64,000 bases of DNA from Minisyncoccota bacterium (GCA_041664605.1 JBAYKO010000001.1:83586-147585); one strand, 5' to 3'; counted from the stretch's first letter, positions 1 to 8,984 are shown. The notes: generated from the sequence alone by a model not told the origin. Made by a program: numbers and translations.

Positions 1-1041
1 CGCACTACTTTAAATGGAATAGCACAAGAATTTATTGATAGATCAATTGAAATTACAAAAAACGCAATAAAAAATTCCCCATTTAAAATGGAAGAAATTG
101 ATGAAATAATTTTAGTTGGAGGACAAACAAGAATGCCAGCTATTGTTGATGCAGTTAAAGAATTATTTGGAAAAGAACCAAATAGATCAATCAATCCAGA
201 CGAAGTGGTAGCACTCGGCGCTGCTGTTCAAGGTGGAGTTTTGAAAGGTGAAGTTAGAGATGTTTTACTTTTGGATGTTATTCCACTTTCTTTAGGCATC
301 GAAACTCTTGGGTCTGTTGCAACTAAATTAATTGAGAGAAATACAACCATTCCAGCCTCAAAATCTCAAGTTTTTTCAACCGCAGTAGATAATCAAACTT
401 CTGTTGAAATTCATATTGTGCAAGGAGAAAGGCCAATGGCAACTGACAATAAAAGTCTCGGCAGATTTATATTAGATGGAATTCCACCAGCACCACGCGG
501 AATGCCACAAGTGGAAGTTACTTTTGATGTTGATTCAAATGGAATTTTAAATGTTAAAGCTATGGATAAAGCTTCCGGCAAGGTTCAATCAATCCGCATT
601 GAAGCAAGTTCTGGTTTGACTGACGAAGATATAAAGAGAATGCAAAAAGATGCGGAAATAAATGCCGAAGAAGATAAAAAGAAAAAAGAAATTGCTGATG
701 TAAAAAATGGTGCTGAAGTTATGATTTATACTGCCGAAAAAGCGTTGAAAGACAATGCAGATAAAATAAGTGATGATATTACAAAGGGAGTTGAAGAAAA
801 AATTTCTAGTTTGAAAAATGTAAAAGACCTGCCTACCGGACAGGCAGGTGGAAGCGATTTAGAAGTTATAAAAAAAGCAACAGATGAACTTTCAATTGAA
901 ATGAGTAAAATTGGGGAAGAGATTATAAAACAACAAAAAGAAAATCCTGCACAAGCAAATCCTGCACAAGCAAATCCTGAACAAAAAACCGATGAGGGAA
1001 ATGTCCGTGATGCAGAAGTAGAAGAAGAAAAAAAAGAATAA
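1..1041 (+). CDS. dnaK: Chaperone DnaK (Hsp70), C-terminal portion; start lies upstream of window
   Basis: Frame-1 translation from nt 1 continues the ORF. Substrate-binding-domain motifs are present ([39 protein letters not shown]). The C-terminal tail is acidic with NPAQA repeats. Confidence 0.93.
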   Translation, partial: RTTLNGIAQEFIDRSIEITKNAIKNSPFKMEEIDEIILVGGQTRMPAIVDAVKELFGKEPNRSINPDEVVALGAAVQGGVLKGEVRDVLLLDVIPLSLGIETLGSVATKLIERNTTIPASKSQVFSTAVDNQTSVEIHIVQGERPMATDNKSLGRFILDGIPPAPRGMPQVEVTFDVDSNGILNVKAMDKASGKVQSIRIEASSGLTDEDIKRMQKDAEINAEEDKKKKEIADVKNGAEVMIYTAEKALKDNADKISDDITKGVEEKISSLKNVKDLPTGQAGGSDLEVIKKATDELSIEMSKIGEEIIKQQKENPAQANPAQANPEQKTDEGNVRDAEVEEEKKE

Positions 1042-1048
1042 TTTTTAA

Positions 1049-1089
1049 AAGGTGCGACCTTAAAAGTTTTACACCCAAGGTCGTTCCTT
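1049..1089 (+). repeat. 41-nt hairpin element copy 1 (AAGGTGCGACC-N19-GGTCGTTCCTT), 8 nt after dnaK stop
   Basis: Identical 41-mer recurs at 3178-3218 and inverted at 24510-24550. Predicted 11-bp stem with one U-U mismatch and a 19-nt loop. Confidence 0.7.
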
Positions 1090-1104
1090 GGAAAAATTTA
1101 AAAA

Positions 1105-1136
1105 TAAAAAACCCGCTCAACCGAGCGGATTTTTTA
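1105..1136. terminator. Bidirectional rho-independent terminator (CCGCTCAACCGAGCGG + T-run)
   Basis: GC stem 1113-1128 flanked by A-run and T-run. Lies between convergent dnaK (+) and lipoprotein gene (-). Same stem family recurs at 1599-1614 and 24160-24175. Confidence 0.8.
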
Positions 1137-1151
1137 AAGAACATAAAAAAC

Positions 1152-1568
1152 TTATTTTTTTGTTTTTGTTGTGTCAGACAAATCTAATGTTGGTGAAAGT
1201 TGGTCAACAGAATAAATGAAATAATATCCATCCATCCATATACACCATCCATTAAATACCACTGAATCAGTTTCTGCTTTATCAGAAAGTTGGTCATAAA
1301 TACTTTGGGGTATCCAAAGCACTGTAGAAACACTATTCTGAAATTTATCAGCAACAGTTCCATAGATTCCAACACCCAATTTTGTATCATAATCTTTTGG
1401 GTTTTTTACTCCATTAAAAGAACAACGATAATTTGACTTGCTACTGGCTTTTTCTTTTGTTGAACCACCAGTACAACCAAAAAATATTACAATAACAATA
1501 GCCATAATAAAAGCTAATAAATATTTCATAAATATGTATTTAAAGAATTTCTGGGTAGAGTTTATCAT
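1152..1568 (-). CDS. Putative lipoprotein (signal peptide with FFGC lipobox); likely true start at internal MKYLL (about 1529)
   Basis: Hydrophobic N-terminus MKYLLAFIMAIVIVIFFGC followed by a Ser/Lys-rich mature region. Confidence 0.55.
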   Translation of the reverse strand: MINSTQKFFKYIFMKYLLAFIMAIVIVIFFGCTGGSTKEKASSKSNYRCSFNGVKNPKDYDTKLGVGIYGTVADKFQNSVSTVLWIPQSIYDQLSDKAETDSVVFNGWCIWMDGYYFIYSVDQLSPTLDLSDTTKTKK

Positions 1569-1592
1569 ATATAATAAGATATGTCAATAAGT

Positions 1593-1622
1593 AAAAATCC
1601 GCTCAACTGAGCGGATTTTTTA
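1593..1622. terminator. Rho-independent terminator (CCGCTCAACTGAGCGG) downstream of minus-strand ORF 1643-1951
   Basis: Stem 1599-1614 with flanking T/A runs. Confidence 0.7.
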
Positions 1623-1642
1623 AAGAGCGAATGAACCAAAGA

Positions 1643-1951
1643 TTAAAGTTCGAAAGATTTTACACTGTCCATATAAAAGGCTTCGTCAGTATTAGTGTCA
1701 ACAAGGTCACGAAGCCCTTTTTCTCCAAGTGATATTCCAACATTATATTCTACTGCTATAAAATTATCAATTACTCTTTCTTTTGTTCCAACAGTAACTT
1801 TTTTTATAACTTTTCCAGAAGACATCGCCTCAAATAGAGGTTTTAAATCTTCTCTTAAATTCAAATCTTGCCAAGGTTTCCTGCGTATTCTCATCCATTT
1901 GTTTTTTAAAGTTTCTGCGCACATTCTAGTATAATTAAATTTAAATGTCAA
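1643..1951 (-). CDS. Hypothetical protein (102 aa) between dnaK and dnaJ on opposite strand
   Basis: ORF only; no recognisable motif. Confidence 0.4.
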   Translation of the reverse strand: MTFKFNYTRMCAETLKNKWMRIRRKPWQDLNLREDLKPLFEAMSSGKVIKKVTVGTKERVIDNFIAVEYNVGISLGEKGLRDLVDTNTDEAFYMDSVKSFEL

Positions 1952-2090
1952 CTCAGCGCACTAAATACCAAGTGTGTGAGTATGGTTTTAGATATTCCAA
2001 AAAACCTTTAAAAATGATATATTGATGTTTATGTTCAGTCCGACCAAAATCGGACTGCTCATAAATTATATTCATTTCATTCATTAATTT

Positions 2091-3167
2091 ATGGCAAAAG
2101 ACTACTACAAATTATTAGAAATAGAAAAAGGCGCTAATAAAGAAGAAATTAAAAAGGCTTTTCATAAGTTGGCTCACAAGTATCACCCTGATAAAAAGGG
2201 TGGAAATGAGGCCAAATTTAAGGAAATTAACGAGGCTTATCAAATCCTTTCAGATGACAAAAAACGTGCCGAATATGACAGATTTGGGACAACTGGAGGG
2301 GCTTCAGGCTTTCAAGGTGGTGGTTTTGGTGGCTTTCAAGGAGGTTTTGACCAAGGTGGTTTTCAGGACTTTGATTTTGGTAATTTAAACGACATTTTTT
2401 CAGAATTCTTTACTGGTGGAATGGGTAGAGGTAGGGCACAAGAAAGACGAGGTAGGGATATTTCTACCGAACTTAATATTTCTTTCTATGATTCAATTTT
2501 TGGAATAGAGAGAAATATTTTATTAACTAAGGTTTCAAAATGTGAGACTTGCAAAGGAAGTGGAGCTAAAACAGGTACTGATTTAAAAAAATGTTCTACT
2601 TGCAACGGACAAGGAAAAATTCACGAGACAAAAAGATCTTTTCTTGGTTCTTTTTCAACTGTAAAAATTTGTGAAGAGTGTGGAGGTACAGGCACAGTAC
2701 CAGTTGAAAAATGTTCTGATTGTAAAGGCAGTGGAATTGTAAAAAAACAAGAAGATATAAAAATCACAATTCCGGCTGGAATGAGAGATGGAGAAATGAT
2801 TAGAATTACTGGTGAAGGTGAAGCTATTTCAAAAGGTGCATCTGGTGATCTTTATATAAAAATAAATGTTGCGCCACATCCAACTTTCAAAAGAGAAGGG
2901 TCAAATTTGATAATGGATTTAAATTTAAAATTATCTGACGCTTTACTTGGAACAGAATATAAAATAAATACTTTGGACGGCGATATAAAAGTAAGAATCC
3001 CTGAAGGAGTTGGAATTGGAGAAGTTTTGAGAGTTAAAGAAAAAGGAGTGCCTGTTTCAAAAAACAAAAGAGGGGATTTGTTTATTAGGCTTCATATAAA
3101 AATACCAAATAAACTTTCTAAAAAAGCAAAAGAATTAGTTGAAAAAATGAAAGAAGAAGGCATCTAG
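2091..3167 (+). CDS. dnaJ: Chaperone DnaJ
   Basis: J-domain with HPD (AHKYHPDKK), G/F-rich linker, four CxxCxGxG zinc-finger repeats, C-terminal substrate-binding domain. Confidence 0.95.
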   Translation: MAKDYYKLLEIEKGANKEEIKKAFHKLAHKYHPDKKGGNEAKFKEINEAYQILSDDKKRAEYDRFGTTGGASGFQGGGFGGFQGGFDQGGFQDFDFGNLNDIFSEFFTGGMGRGRAQERRGRDISTELNISFYDSIFGIERNILLTKVSKCETCKGSGAKTGTDLKKCSTCNGQGKIHETKRSFLGSFSTVKICEECGGTGTVPVEKCSDCKGSGIVKKQEDIKITIPAGMRDGEMIRITGEGEAISKGASGDLYIKINVAPHPTFKREGSNLIMDLNLKLSDALLGTEYKINTLDGDIKVRIPEGVGIGEVLRVKEKGVPVSKNKRGDLFIRLHIKIPNKLSKKAKELVEKMKEEGI

Positions 3168-3177
3168 GAATTTTTAA

Positions 3178-3218
3178 AAGGTGCGACCTTAAAAGTTTTA
3201 CACCCAAGGTCGTTCCTT
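3178..3218 (+). repeat. 41-nt hairpin element copy 2, 10 nt after dnaJ stop
   Basis: 41/41 identical to copy 1. Confidence 0.7.
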
Positions 3219-3261
3219 AGAAAAATTTCTTTAAAATTATCAAATTTGTTAAAATATGGAC

Positions 3262-3398
3262 ATGTGAATCCTGTAGTAGATTTTCAAATTATTACAGGGT
3301 AATGATGAGATTTTAGGAACAATAAGTCGTAAAAAATATTAATCATAATTTAAAGTTTTAAATTCGTTTTTTAAAACAATTTGAAAATTCACTACGGG
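3262..3398 (+). repeat. Divergent member (F) of the start-codon-abutting inverted-repeat element family, flush against tyrS ATG
   Basis: Distal end ATGTGAATCCTGTAGTAGATTTT and proximal end AAAATTCACTACGGG form an imperfect 15-nt inverted repeat. The tyrS ATG follows immediately (GGG-ATG, as in the core family). Confidence 0.5.
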
Positions 3399-4649
3399 AT
3401 GAAATTATTATCAGAAGAATTGCAAAAAAGAGGTTTTATTTATCAGTTTTCAGAGGAAAAATTAGAAGATATAACAGATAAAGAAAAAAGAACTCTGTAT
3501 GTGGGTATTGATCCTACTGCTGATTCTCTGCACGTTGGTCATCTTGTTGCACTTTTAATGTTGCGACATTTTCAAAGCTACGGACATAAAATTATTATTA
3601 TTGTTGGTGGTGCAACTGGAATGATTGGTGACCCATCAGGGAAAAGCAAAGAAAGAAATTTACTTGATAATAAAACTCTTAAGAAAAATGTAAAAGGAAT
3701 AAAAGCTCAAGTAAAGAGTATTCTTGGAAATTCAAATTTTACAATTACAAATAACAATGATTGGTTTAAAAAGATCAAGGTTTTAGATTTTCTTCGAGAT
3801 ACAGGAAAACACTTTACAATCAACGCTTTAATTAAGAGAGATTCTATTGAAAAAAGAATGACAGGGGATGAGGGGATTTCTTATACAGAATTTAGTTATG
3901 TGCTTTTGCAATCTTACGACTTCTTACATTTATTTAAAAAATATGGGTGCAATCTTCAGATTGGTGGATCTGATCAATGGGGGAATATTGTTTCGGGGAT
4001 AGATTTAATTAGAAAAGTTGAAGATAAAAAGGTTTATGGAATAACTTGTCCTTTAATAATTAATGAAGCCACGGGGGAGAAATTTGGAAAATCAGAAGGT
4101 GGAAATGTTTGGTTGTCGGCTGAGAGAACTTCGTCTTTTGCTTTCTTTCAATTCTGGCTAAACGTTGATGACAAGAGCGCAGTAAAATATCTAAAAATTT
4201 ATAGTCCGCTTTCTATCGAAAAAATAAATGGCATAGAAAATGATTTTATAAAAAATCCTGAAAATAGATTAGCTCAGAAATCTTTGGCTTATGAAATGAC
4301 TAAGCTTATTCATGGAGAACAATCAGCAATTGCTTCAAAAAAAGTCTCAGAAATATTATTTGAAAACAAGGAAATAGAAAATTTATCTCAAGAAGAAAAG
4401 AAACTTTTGACTTCTGAAATCAAAAGCGTTTCAGCTAAAATTGGAGATGGAATTAAAATTGCTGACGCTTTAGTTATGGCAGAACTTACTCAATCAAAAG
4501 GGGAAGCAGGGAGACTCTTGAAAGAAGGCGGAGTTTCTGTAAATAATGAAAAAGTAGACGAAGAATACATTATAACTTCCAAAGATTCAAAAAACGGAAT
4601 AATTTTGATAAAAAAAGGAAAGAAAAACTTTGCCTGTCTTTTGGTGTAA
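3399..4649 (+). CDS. tyrS: Tyrosyl-tRNA synthetase (class I), with C-terminal S4-like domain
   Basis: HIGH motif variant (SLHVGHL), KMSKS variant (KFGKSEG), GGSDQWGNI. The ORF-track start at 3381 is a TTG inside element F. The ATG at 3399 matches the start-codon placement of the other family copies. Confidence 0.9.
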   Translation: MKLLSEELQKRGFIYQFSEEKLEDITDKEKRTLYVGIDPTADSLHVGHLVALLMLRHFQSYGHKIIIIVGGATGMIGDPSGKSKERNLLDNKTLKKNVKGIKAQVKSILGNSNFTITNNNDWFKKIKVLDFLRDTGKHFTINALIKRDSIEKRMTGDEGISYTEFSYVLLQSYDFLHLFKKYGCNLQIGGSDQWGNIVSGIDLIRKVEDKKVYGITCPLIINEATGEKFGKSEGGNVWLSAERTSSFAFFQFWLNVDDKSAVKYLKIYSPLSIEKINGIENDFIKNPENRLAQKSLAYEMTKLIHGEQSAIASKKVSEILFENKEIENLSQEEKKLLTSEIKSVSAKIGDGIKIADALVMAELTQSKGEAGRLLKEGGVSVNNEKVDEEYIITSKDSKNGIILIKKGKKNFACLLV

Positions 4650-4660
4650 ATTAAATTAAT

Positions 4661-4698
4661 AACATCCTTACTCCGACCATGGTCGGAGTAAGGATGTT
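4661..4698. terminator. Perfect 18-bp palindromic hairpin after tyrS (probable terminator/RNA stabiliser)
   Basis: AACATCCTTACTCCGACC-AT-GGTCGGAGTAAGGATGTT. No strong T-run follows, so terminator function is uncertain. Confidence 0.5.
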
Positions 4699-4770
4699 AT
4701 TAATGTTGACAAAATATTAAATTATTGATATATTGGAAATTAGAAAAAAGTTTTTTTTAATATAGATTTT

Positions 4771-5103
4771 ATGGCAGAACTTAATTTACAGTTACCGAGA
4801 TGGTTTTACGATAAATGGATTTTGTTAAACAATAAAGATCCCTTGATCAAAGAATTAATAAATTTTGCTCTTATTTTTGAGCAAGATATGGTAATTAAAA
4901 CACAGAATCAAAAACCACTGGAAGCTTCAGAAAAATTGGAAATCGGTTTTTTGGAAAAATTGCGCAAATCTTATGTAGAATGGAAAGATTCTGCCTATGA
5001 AGTTTTTTTAGGACCAGATTCTTCAGAAATAGAGAAAGTAATTAAAAAATTTCGTGAACACTATAAAGAGTATGTTCTTTTTTTAGAAGCTGGTTCTCTT
5101 TGA
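4771..5103 (+). CDS. Hypothetical small protein (110 aa)
   Basis: C-terminal KKFREHYKEYVLFLE is paralogous to the C-terminus of ORF 5369-5551. Followed by a terminator. Confidence 0.5.
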   Translation: MAELNLQLPRWFYDKWILLNNKDPLIKELINFALIFEQDMVIKTQNQKPLEASEKLEIGFLEKLRKSYVEWKDSAYEVFLGPDSSEIEKVIKKFREHYKEYVLFLEAGSL

Positions 5104-5107
5104 TTTT

Positions 5108-5136
5108 AAAAAACCCCGCAATTGCGGGGTTTTTTA
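5108..5136 (+). terminator. Rho-independent terminator (CCCCGCAATTGCGGGG + T7)
   Basis: Stem 5114-5129. Same stem family recurs at 5573-5588, 8959-8974 and 20877-20896. Confidence 0.85.
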
Positions 5137-5368
5137 TTTTGTTTAGGTCTTATGTTTATTATTTAATGTGTTTAATTGACAAAACAAAGAGGTCTGATAA
5201 TCTTAAATTAGAAAAGTTTTTAAAAAATTATTATGAGTCAAATGAAGTTACCAGCTTTTTTGTCAATACAATTGTTGTCAAATTTGGATACATTTGCAAT
5301 ACATCTAAAAAATGTTGCAACTCAAATAGAAGAGGACAAACTTCTAAAAACTCCAAAACAAAAACCCC

Positions 5369-5551
5369 ATGGAGGCAACTAGAAACAACACTATGGGAAT
5401 GGTATTGTGTACCGCCATTAAGACTGAATGGTATGTGGCAGGAAAAATATTAGTTGAACTAAAAAACAACGATTTAAAACAAGCTAACAGACTGATAAAA
5501 AAATTTAGGAGTTATTATAAAGATTACCTTTCATTTTTGGAATCAGAATAA
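5369..5551 (+). CDS. Hypothetical small protein (60 aa), paralog of the C-terminal part of ORF 4771-5103
   Basis: KKFRSYYKDYLSFLE aligns with KKFREHYKEYVLFLE. Followed by a terminator of the same family. Confidence 0.4.
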   Translation: MEATRNNTMGMVLCTAIKTEWYVAGKILVELKNNDLKQANRLIKKFRSYYKDYLSFLESE

Positions 5552-5565
5552 TCTTTTTGTTCTTC

Positions 5566-5594
5566 TTAAAATCCCCGCAATCGCGGGGTTTTTA
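5566..5594. terminator. Bidirectional terminator (CCCCGCAATCGCGGGG) between small ORF (+) and cysS (-)
   Basis: Stem 5573-5588 with T/A runs on both sides. Confidence 0.8.
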
Positions 5595-6920
5595 AATTTT
5601 AGTAATTCTAGGTCCAGATGGAGTATCTTCTATATTGTAACCAGCAGTAGCACTAATTTGGCGAAATCTATCAGCTTCTTCCCAGTTTTTTTCTTTACGA
5701 ACTATTTCTCTTGCTTCTACTAATTTTAAAATATCTTCTGGAATTTCTAAAGTTTCTTTTTCCAACAATTTAAAACCAAAAATTTGATCAATTATTTCGA
5801 TTGTTTTATATTTTCCCTCAGCATTCTCATCTCGTAAAAGTTCCCATAGTGAAGCCAATGCTTTGGGGGTGTTTAAATCTGAATTCATAGCTTCTTTAAA
5901 TTTGTCTAAATATTTTTCATTTATTTTTCCATCATTTTTTAAATCTTTAGAAATATTTTTTAGTCTGTTGTAGGAGTTTTGAGCATCGTCTAATGAATTT
6001 TTTGAAAAATCTGTTGGTTTCCTGTAGTGTGCCGATGTAACAAAATATCTTATAATTTCACCAGAATAACTTAGAAGTATGTCTCTTATTGTTTTAAAGT
6101 TTCCAAGGCTTTTACTCATTTTTATTCCATCGACATTTACCATTCCATTGTGAATCCAGAAATTTGCCATTTTTGCACCCCAAGCAGATTCACTTTGGGC
6201 AATCTCATCTTCATGGTGGGGAAAGATCAAATCTTGTCCACCTCCGTGAATGTCAAAAGGAATTCCCAGAATACTTTCAGACATAGCAGAACATTCTATA
6301 TGCCAACCTGGTCTACCTTTGCCAAATGGGGTATCCCATTCTGGTTCATTTGGTTTTGAAAATTTCCAAAGTACAAAATCTTCCTTATTCTTTTTTTCTC
6401 TATTTTCTAGAACCCGCGCACCAGATTTTAAATTTTCAATTTTTTGGTGGGACAGTTTTCCATATTCTTTGTATTTTGAAATATCAAAGTAAATTCCATC
6501 GTCTTTTATTGTATAAGCGTATTCTTTTTCAATAAGTAAAGTTACAAGATTTATCATTTGTTTGATATATTCTGTAGCTTTTGGTTCTACATCAGGTTTT
6601 TCTACTCCAATTTTCTCATAATCTTCAATATGAGCTTTTGTATTTTTTTCTGTTAAATCTTTTGTAGTCTCATGTAATTCGCGTGCTTTATCAATTATTT
6701 TGTCGTCAATATCAGTAATATTTGAAGCAAACATTACATCATAGCCTAGAAATCTTAAATATTTTCTTAAAATATCAAAAGTAATTTTCTGTCTTGCATG
6801 GCCTAAGTGGGGGACATCGTTTACTGTTGGTCCACAAACATACATTCTAACAGCACCTTCTTTTATGGGTTTAAATTCTTCTTCTTTTTTTGTGAGAGTG
6901 TTATAGAGTTTTAGAGACAT
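5592..6920 (-). CDS. cysS: Cysteinyl-tRNA synthetase
   Basis: HIGH (PHLGHAR), KMSKS (KMSKSLGN), CGPTVND zinc-site region. Confidence 0.93.
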   Translation of the reverse strand: MSLKLYNTLTKKEEEFKPIKEGAVRMYVCGPTVNDVPHLGHARQKITFDILRKYLRFLGYDVMFASNITDIDDKIIDKARELHETTKDLTEKNTKAHIEDYEKIGVEKPDVEPKATEYIKQMINLVTLLIEKEYAYTIKDDGIYFDISKYKEYGKLSHQKIENLKSGARVLENREKKNKEDFVLWKFSKPNEPEWDTPFGKGRPGWHIECSAMSESILGIPFDIHGGGQDLIFPHHEDEIAQSESAWGAKMANFWIHNGMVNVDGIKMSKSLGNFKTIRDILLSYSGEIIRYFVTSAHYRKPTDFSKNSLDDAQNSYNRLKNISKDLKNDGKINEKYLDKFKEAMNSDLNTPKALASLWELLRDENAEGKYKTIEIIDQIFGFKLLEKETLEIPEDILKLVEAREIVRKEKNWEEADRFRQISATAGYNIEDTPSGPRITKI

Positions 6921-6937
6921 TTCAGTAAAAACTTATT

Positions 6938-7849
6938 TTATCTTAACCATTTTTTACTTTTGAAAATAAGCATTATTATCAGCACAGAAATTATCATTAT
7001 TGCTAGAATAATTTCAAAAGCATTCGGGTTTTGGGTAAAAGGTACACTAACATCCATTCCAAACACAAGAGGAATCAGAGAAATTGTAATTGGAATAAAG
7101 GTCAACATTGTAAGAGTTCTAATTATTCTGTTAGTCTTACTTGTTAGAAGGGAGTCGTTTGTGTCACGAAGATCATTTAGAATTTCTTTATGACTTTCTA
7201 CTGCGTTGTGAACTTTATTAAATTCTCCAATCATTATTACTAAATAATAAGAAAATTCTTCTCCAAAAAACCTCTTAGCGGTAGCCTCAAAAGATTTTAA
7301 TATTTCGAAGTGGAATCGTATAGCTTGTTTAAAATCAAGAAGTTTTCTATTTACATTAGAAATAGCTTGAACCATTTCTCTTTCTTTTTCTTCAAAAATT
7401 TTAACTTCTATTTCTCTTAATGAATTATTTATATCATCTAATTTATAAGACAAATGCCTGTAAAGATCTTTTATAATATGGAAAAATAAAAATCCAGCAT
7501 GACTTCCTATATTATCTTTATTTAACATAGAATTAATTTCGAATTTCTTTTCAAATTCATGTAGTGTATTTACAAATTCATAATGAACTGTAATTAAAAA
7601 ATCTTTTCCTATTATAAAATCAATTTCTTGATCACCCGAATCTTCTTTTGTGTGAGAGCAAGGAAAATGGAGAATGAGATAGATAAGATTATCATAAAGA
7701 TCAACCTTTGATCTTATTGTTTTATTTATAACTTCTTCTTCAATAATTTGTGGAATTTTAAACTCTCTGGATATTTCATCAATCTCGTCTTTTGTAGGAG
7801 ATTCAATATCTATCCATACCAACTTCTTGTACTTGTGTCTTGAAATCAT
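6938..7849 (-). CDS. corA: CorA/MIT-family divalent cation transporter (GMD variant of the GMN motif)
   Basis: Cytoplasmic N-domain plus two C-terminal TM helices with VFGMDVS. Confidence 0.7.
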   Translation of the reverse strand: MISRHKYKKLVWIDIESPTKDEIDEISREFKIPQIIEEEVINKTIRSKVDLYDNLIYLILHFPCSHTKEDSGDQEIDFIIGKDFLITVHYEFVNTLHEFEKKFEINSMLNKDNIGSHAGFLFFHIIKDLYRHLSYKLDDINNSLREIEVKIFEEKEREMVQAISNVNRKLLDFKQAIRFHFEILKSFEATAKRFFGEEFSYYLVIMIGEFNKVHNAVESHKEILNDLRDTNDSLLTSKTNRIIRTLTMLTFIPITISLIPLVFGMDVSVPFTQNPNAFEIILAIMIISVLIIMLIFKSKKWLR

Positions 7850-8028
7850 AAAAATTAGTTTCTAGTAACTAGTGTCTCCCACCTTTGGACGGGACAGGTA
7901 GTTTCTAGGGTTTTTTATTTGTAATATTATCCTTAATTATATCTTATTTTATTAGCTCAACCAAGGTAAAAAGTCTCTAATAAAGGGGGTATTGCATTTT
8001 TTGTAGTTTTCTGTAATATATAATCATT

Positions 8029-8346
8029 ATGGAATTTGCAGTTATAGAAACAGGTGGAAAACAATATAAAGTCTCCGTTGGGGATATTTTAAAAGTTGAG
8101 AAATTAACTGGTGATTTTAAGGTGGGTGACAAGGTTACTTTTGATAAGGTTTTGCTTACAAGTAATGGAAAGGATATAGAAGTTGGTGCTCCTTACTTAG
8201 AGAAAGTAAAAGTGGAAGCTATTTTTCAAAAAGAAGGAAGAGGTCAAAAGGTTTTAGTTGTAAAATACAAAGCAAAAAGCCGATATCTAAAAAGAAATGG
8301 TCACAGACAGACTTTTAATGAAGTAAAAATTTCATCAATAAAATAA
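8029..8346 (+). CDS. rplU: 50S ribosomal protein L21
   Basis: MEFAVIETGGKQYKV...KYKAKSRYLKRNGHRQ, typical L21. Confidence 0.92.
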   Translation: MEFAVIETGGKQYKVSVGDILKVEKLTGDFKVGDKVTFDKVLLTSNGKDIEVGAPYLEKVKVEAIFQKEGRGQKVLVVKYKAKSRYLKRNGHRQTFNEVKISSIK

Positions 8347-8375
8347 AAAACCACTCCAAAAGAGTGGTTTTTTAT
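8344..8375 (+). terminator. Rho-independent terminator after rplU (CCACTCCAAAAGAGTGG + T-run)
   Basis: Stem 8351-8367 followed by TTTTTTATT. Confidence 0.85.
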
Positions 8376-8437
8376 TACCTTGACACGCAAGTAATGTTTA
8401 TGTTAGTCTTAGGTTAGAAATTGATAAAATAAGTACC

Positions 8438-8938
8438 ATGAAAAAAGTTTGGAAATTCAGTAAATTTATAATTTTTATTATTGTTTTTGGTGGGAGTGTA
8501 GTCGGATGTTACTTTTGGGATTACCCATATTTTTCTTCGAAAAGAATAGAAAAGATCAATATCTCTTCTTTTAAAGGAAGAGTAGTAAAAGCAGACTCTA
8601 TCTCACCTGGAACCTTTAAATTGGATGTTCCATTCGAATCATCATTGAAATGGAAAGAAAATGCAATTCTCTCTTATGGGGCAAATGGTTTTAATGATGG
8701 ATCGATTCAGGTTTGGAAACCAGACCCCTTAACTTCTGGGGTGTTTTTATACTCATACTATTCATATGAGGCGCCGTGGAATTATACAGTTGATAAAATT
8801 TGTTATAATTCTGGTTCAAATAGTCGTGAGATTGTTTTTAAAATGGGTCCAAAATTATTCTGGATTACATTAATCATTTTTGGCCAAATATGTCTTATTG
8901 TAATAGTCTGCGGTATAACCGCGGCAATCCTTTGGTAA
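8438..8938 (+). CDS. Hypothetical membrane protein (N- and C-terminal TM segments)
   Basis: Hydrophobic ends. Followed by a terminator at 8959-8974. Confidence 0.55.
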   Translation: MKKVWKFSKFIIFIIVFGGSVVGCYFWDYPYFSSKRIEKINISSFKGRVVKADSISPGTFKLDVPFESSLKWKENAILSYGANGFNDGSIQVWKPDPLTSGVFLYSYYSYEAPWNYTVDKICYNSGSNSREIVFKMGPKLFWITLIIFGQICLIVIVCGITAAILW

Positions 8939-8952
8939 TAAAAATATGATTT

Positions 8953-8984
8953 CAAAAACCCCGCAATTGTGGGGTTTTGTTTTG
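8953..8984 (+). terminator. Rho-independent terminator (CCCCGCAATTGTGGGG)
   Basis: Stem 8959-8974 plus T-run. Confidence 0.8.

Noticed and set aside
1955-2000. Possible CIRCE (HrcA operator) upstream of dnaJ: TCAGCGCACT-N9-AGTGTGTGAGT
   Set aside because: Only about 6/9 matches per half-site to TTAGCACTC-N9-GAGTGCTAA and the arms are not mutually complementary, which is too weak to call.
5100-5453. ORF 5100-5453 (+), 117 aa
   Set aside because: It starts inside and reads through the rho-independent terminator at 5114-5135 and overlaps the better-supported small ORF 5369-5551 in another frame.
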